A stretch of DNA of 64,000 nt. Origin: Octopus sinensis. Taxonomy: Eukaryota. The position numbers were made by a program, and so were the translations under genes. Below, in pieces: positions 62,750 through 64,000 of the stretch. Positions within the stretch are counted from its first letter, which is position 1. Each line of letters begins with the position of its first letter. The stretch lies in NCBI RefSeq assembly GCF_006345805.1, contig NC_043019.1, positions 18,971,360-19,035,359 on the forward strand. Direction: 5' to 3'. Below the pieces are notes generated by a model, which did not search any database, was not told where the DNA came from, and worked only from the letters and a program-made list of their open reading frames with translations.

Positions 62750-64000
62750 AGGGCATATCTGAGAGGGTCACTATAAAAAGCAGTGGTCCCAAGACAGTGC
62801 CCTGTGGAACACCGCTCACTATTTGTGTGTTCATAGAGGTGGCTCCATTAACCACTACTGCCTGACTCCTATCTTTCAGGAAGTCATGTAACCACACTCC
62901 AAGTTTTCCAGCTATGCCGAGGTCATGCAGTTTGTGGCATATCATACCATGATCCACCTTGTCAAAAGCTTTTGCAAAATCAAGGTAGATTACGTCCACA
63001 TTTGATTTGTTGAGTAACTGCCTCAACACCCAGTCATAATGTTGTAAGAGCTGGGTCAGGCAGCTCCTACCTGGTCGAAAACCATGCTGGGTATCACTCA
63101 GCAAGTTATTTTCCTCAAGGAATGCGATTAGTTTCATTCTGACTATCTGTTCCATGACTTTGCTGATGTGTGAAGTCAGAGAGATAGGCCTACAGTTTTT
63201 GGCATCTGCTCTACTTCCCCCTTTATGTATTGGGCATATTATTCCCTCCTTCAGCTTGCTTGGTAGTTTGCCATTCGCTAGAAAGCTCTGGAAGAGAATC
63301 TTGAGGGGTTTTGCAAGGGCATGCTTACACGCTTTGAGGAGGATGGCTGGGAAACCATCTGGACCAGTAGCTGAGTTTGTGTCCACTTCATCTATGGCTA
63401 GTAGGACATCTTTTTCGCTAATGTCAATACATTCTATTGTAACTGCCTCGCTGGTTAGAGGTGAGACGGCAAAGAAGTCCACTGGTTCGTTCACTTGTCT
63501 GTGTTCCAATGGGGTGGTAAAGACACTTTTGAACTGGCCATTCAGTATCTCACTGATCATAGTTGGACTGTCTGTGAGGGAGCCATCCTTTTGGAGGAGG
63601 GGTCTTATCTTGTAGTGCACTGAGACTGTTTCTTTCGCGTAATGAAAGAAGGCCTTTGGGTTTGATTTAATATTTTTTATAACCCAGGCTTCTTTGTCTG
63701 CTTTCTCCTTCACATAGGATTGTTGCAGCCTTTTTTTGATCTCCATCAGTGTTGTTTTTAGGCGGGACGTTTTGCTACTTTTGGGATGTTGGTTGAGACG
63801 ATTTGCAACCTCATGAGGATCTTCCTGTCTCTTGGAATCTTGCTCCTATTTGTTTTGGCCTTGTGCTTTGGGACATATTTCTGGCATACGGCTTGAACAG
63901 AAGACATGAAACATTCTAGTTTCATGTCAATGTCTGGTGTGGAGAGACATTCCGGCCAGTCCTCTCTGAGGATCTCTTTTTGGATCGATTTCCAATCTGC
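62750..64000 (-). mobile_element. CR1/Jockey-group LINE RT region, cut before YADD; continues beyond window
   Basis: GPDG, NCRPISLTS, QHGFRPGRSC, DVIYLDFAKAFDKV, GVPQGTVLGPLLF in ORF 62655-63746. Confidence 0.9.

Noticed and set aside
63154-63615. 153-aa plus-strand ORF (also 9070-9390, 9430-9723)
   Set aside because: Antisense shadows of LINE ORFs.

Overview
AT-rich, microsatellite-dense eukaryotic genomic DNA made up mostly of decayed transposable elements. The SINE/LINE family mix looks like a coleoid cephalopod (octopus-like); this is inference from recall, not a database hit. I found no complete host gene, rRNA, true tRNA or CRISPR array. Main elements: a near-full-length RTE LINE with a PHD-like finger inserted in its ORF (8.25-12.1 kb, -); a second RTE copy with nested hAT-type MITE and mariner (43.7-47.1 kb); a near-full-length R4/Dong-type RLE retrotransposon flanked by (TAA)n (51.1-54.8 kb, -); a CR1/Jockey-group RT (62.75-64 kb, -); L1/Tx1 fragments; three to four Tc1/mariner relics; several MITE/foldback elements; and dozens of SINE copies from about 4 families, some in tandem stacks. 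Best hunt results: a minimal type I hammerhead ribozyme at 62416-62467 with an intact core and one stem II mismatch; a CpG-rich hairpin element at 35.8-36.6 kb; a perfect 39-bp-arm palindrome inside a SINE; modular SINEs sharing the RTE 3' tail; a possible KolX/P2X7-ballast-like relic at 0.8-1.1 kb; and a strong minus-strand LINE bias hinting that the window lies in introns of a plus-strand gene. Element boundaries are approximate unless termini are quoted.
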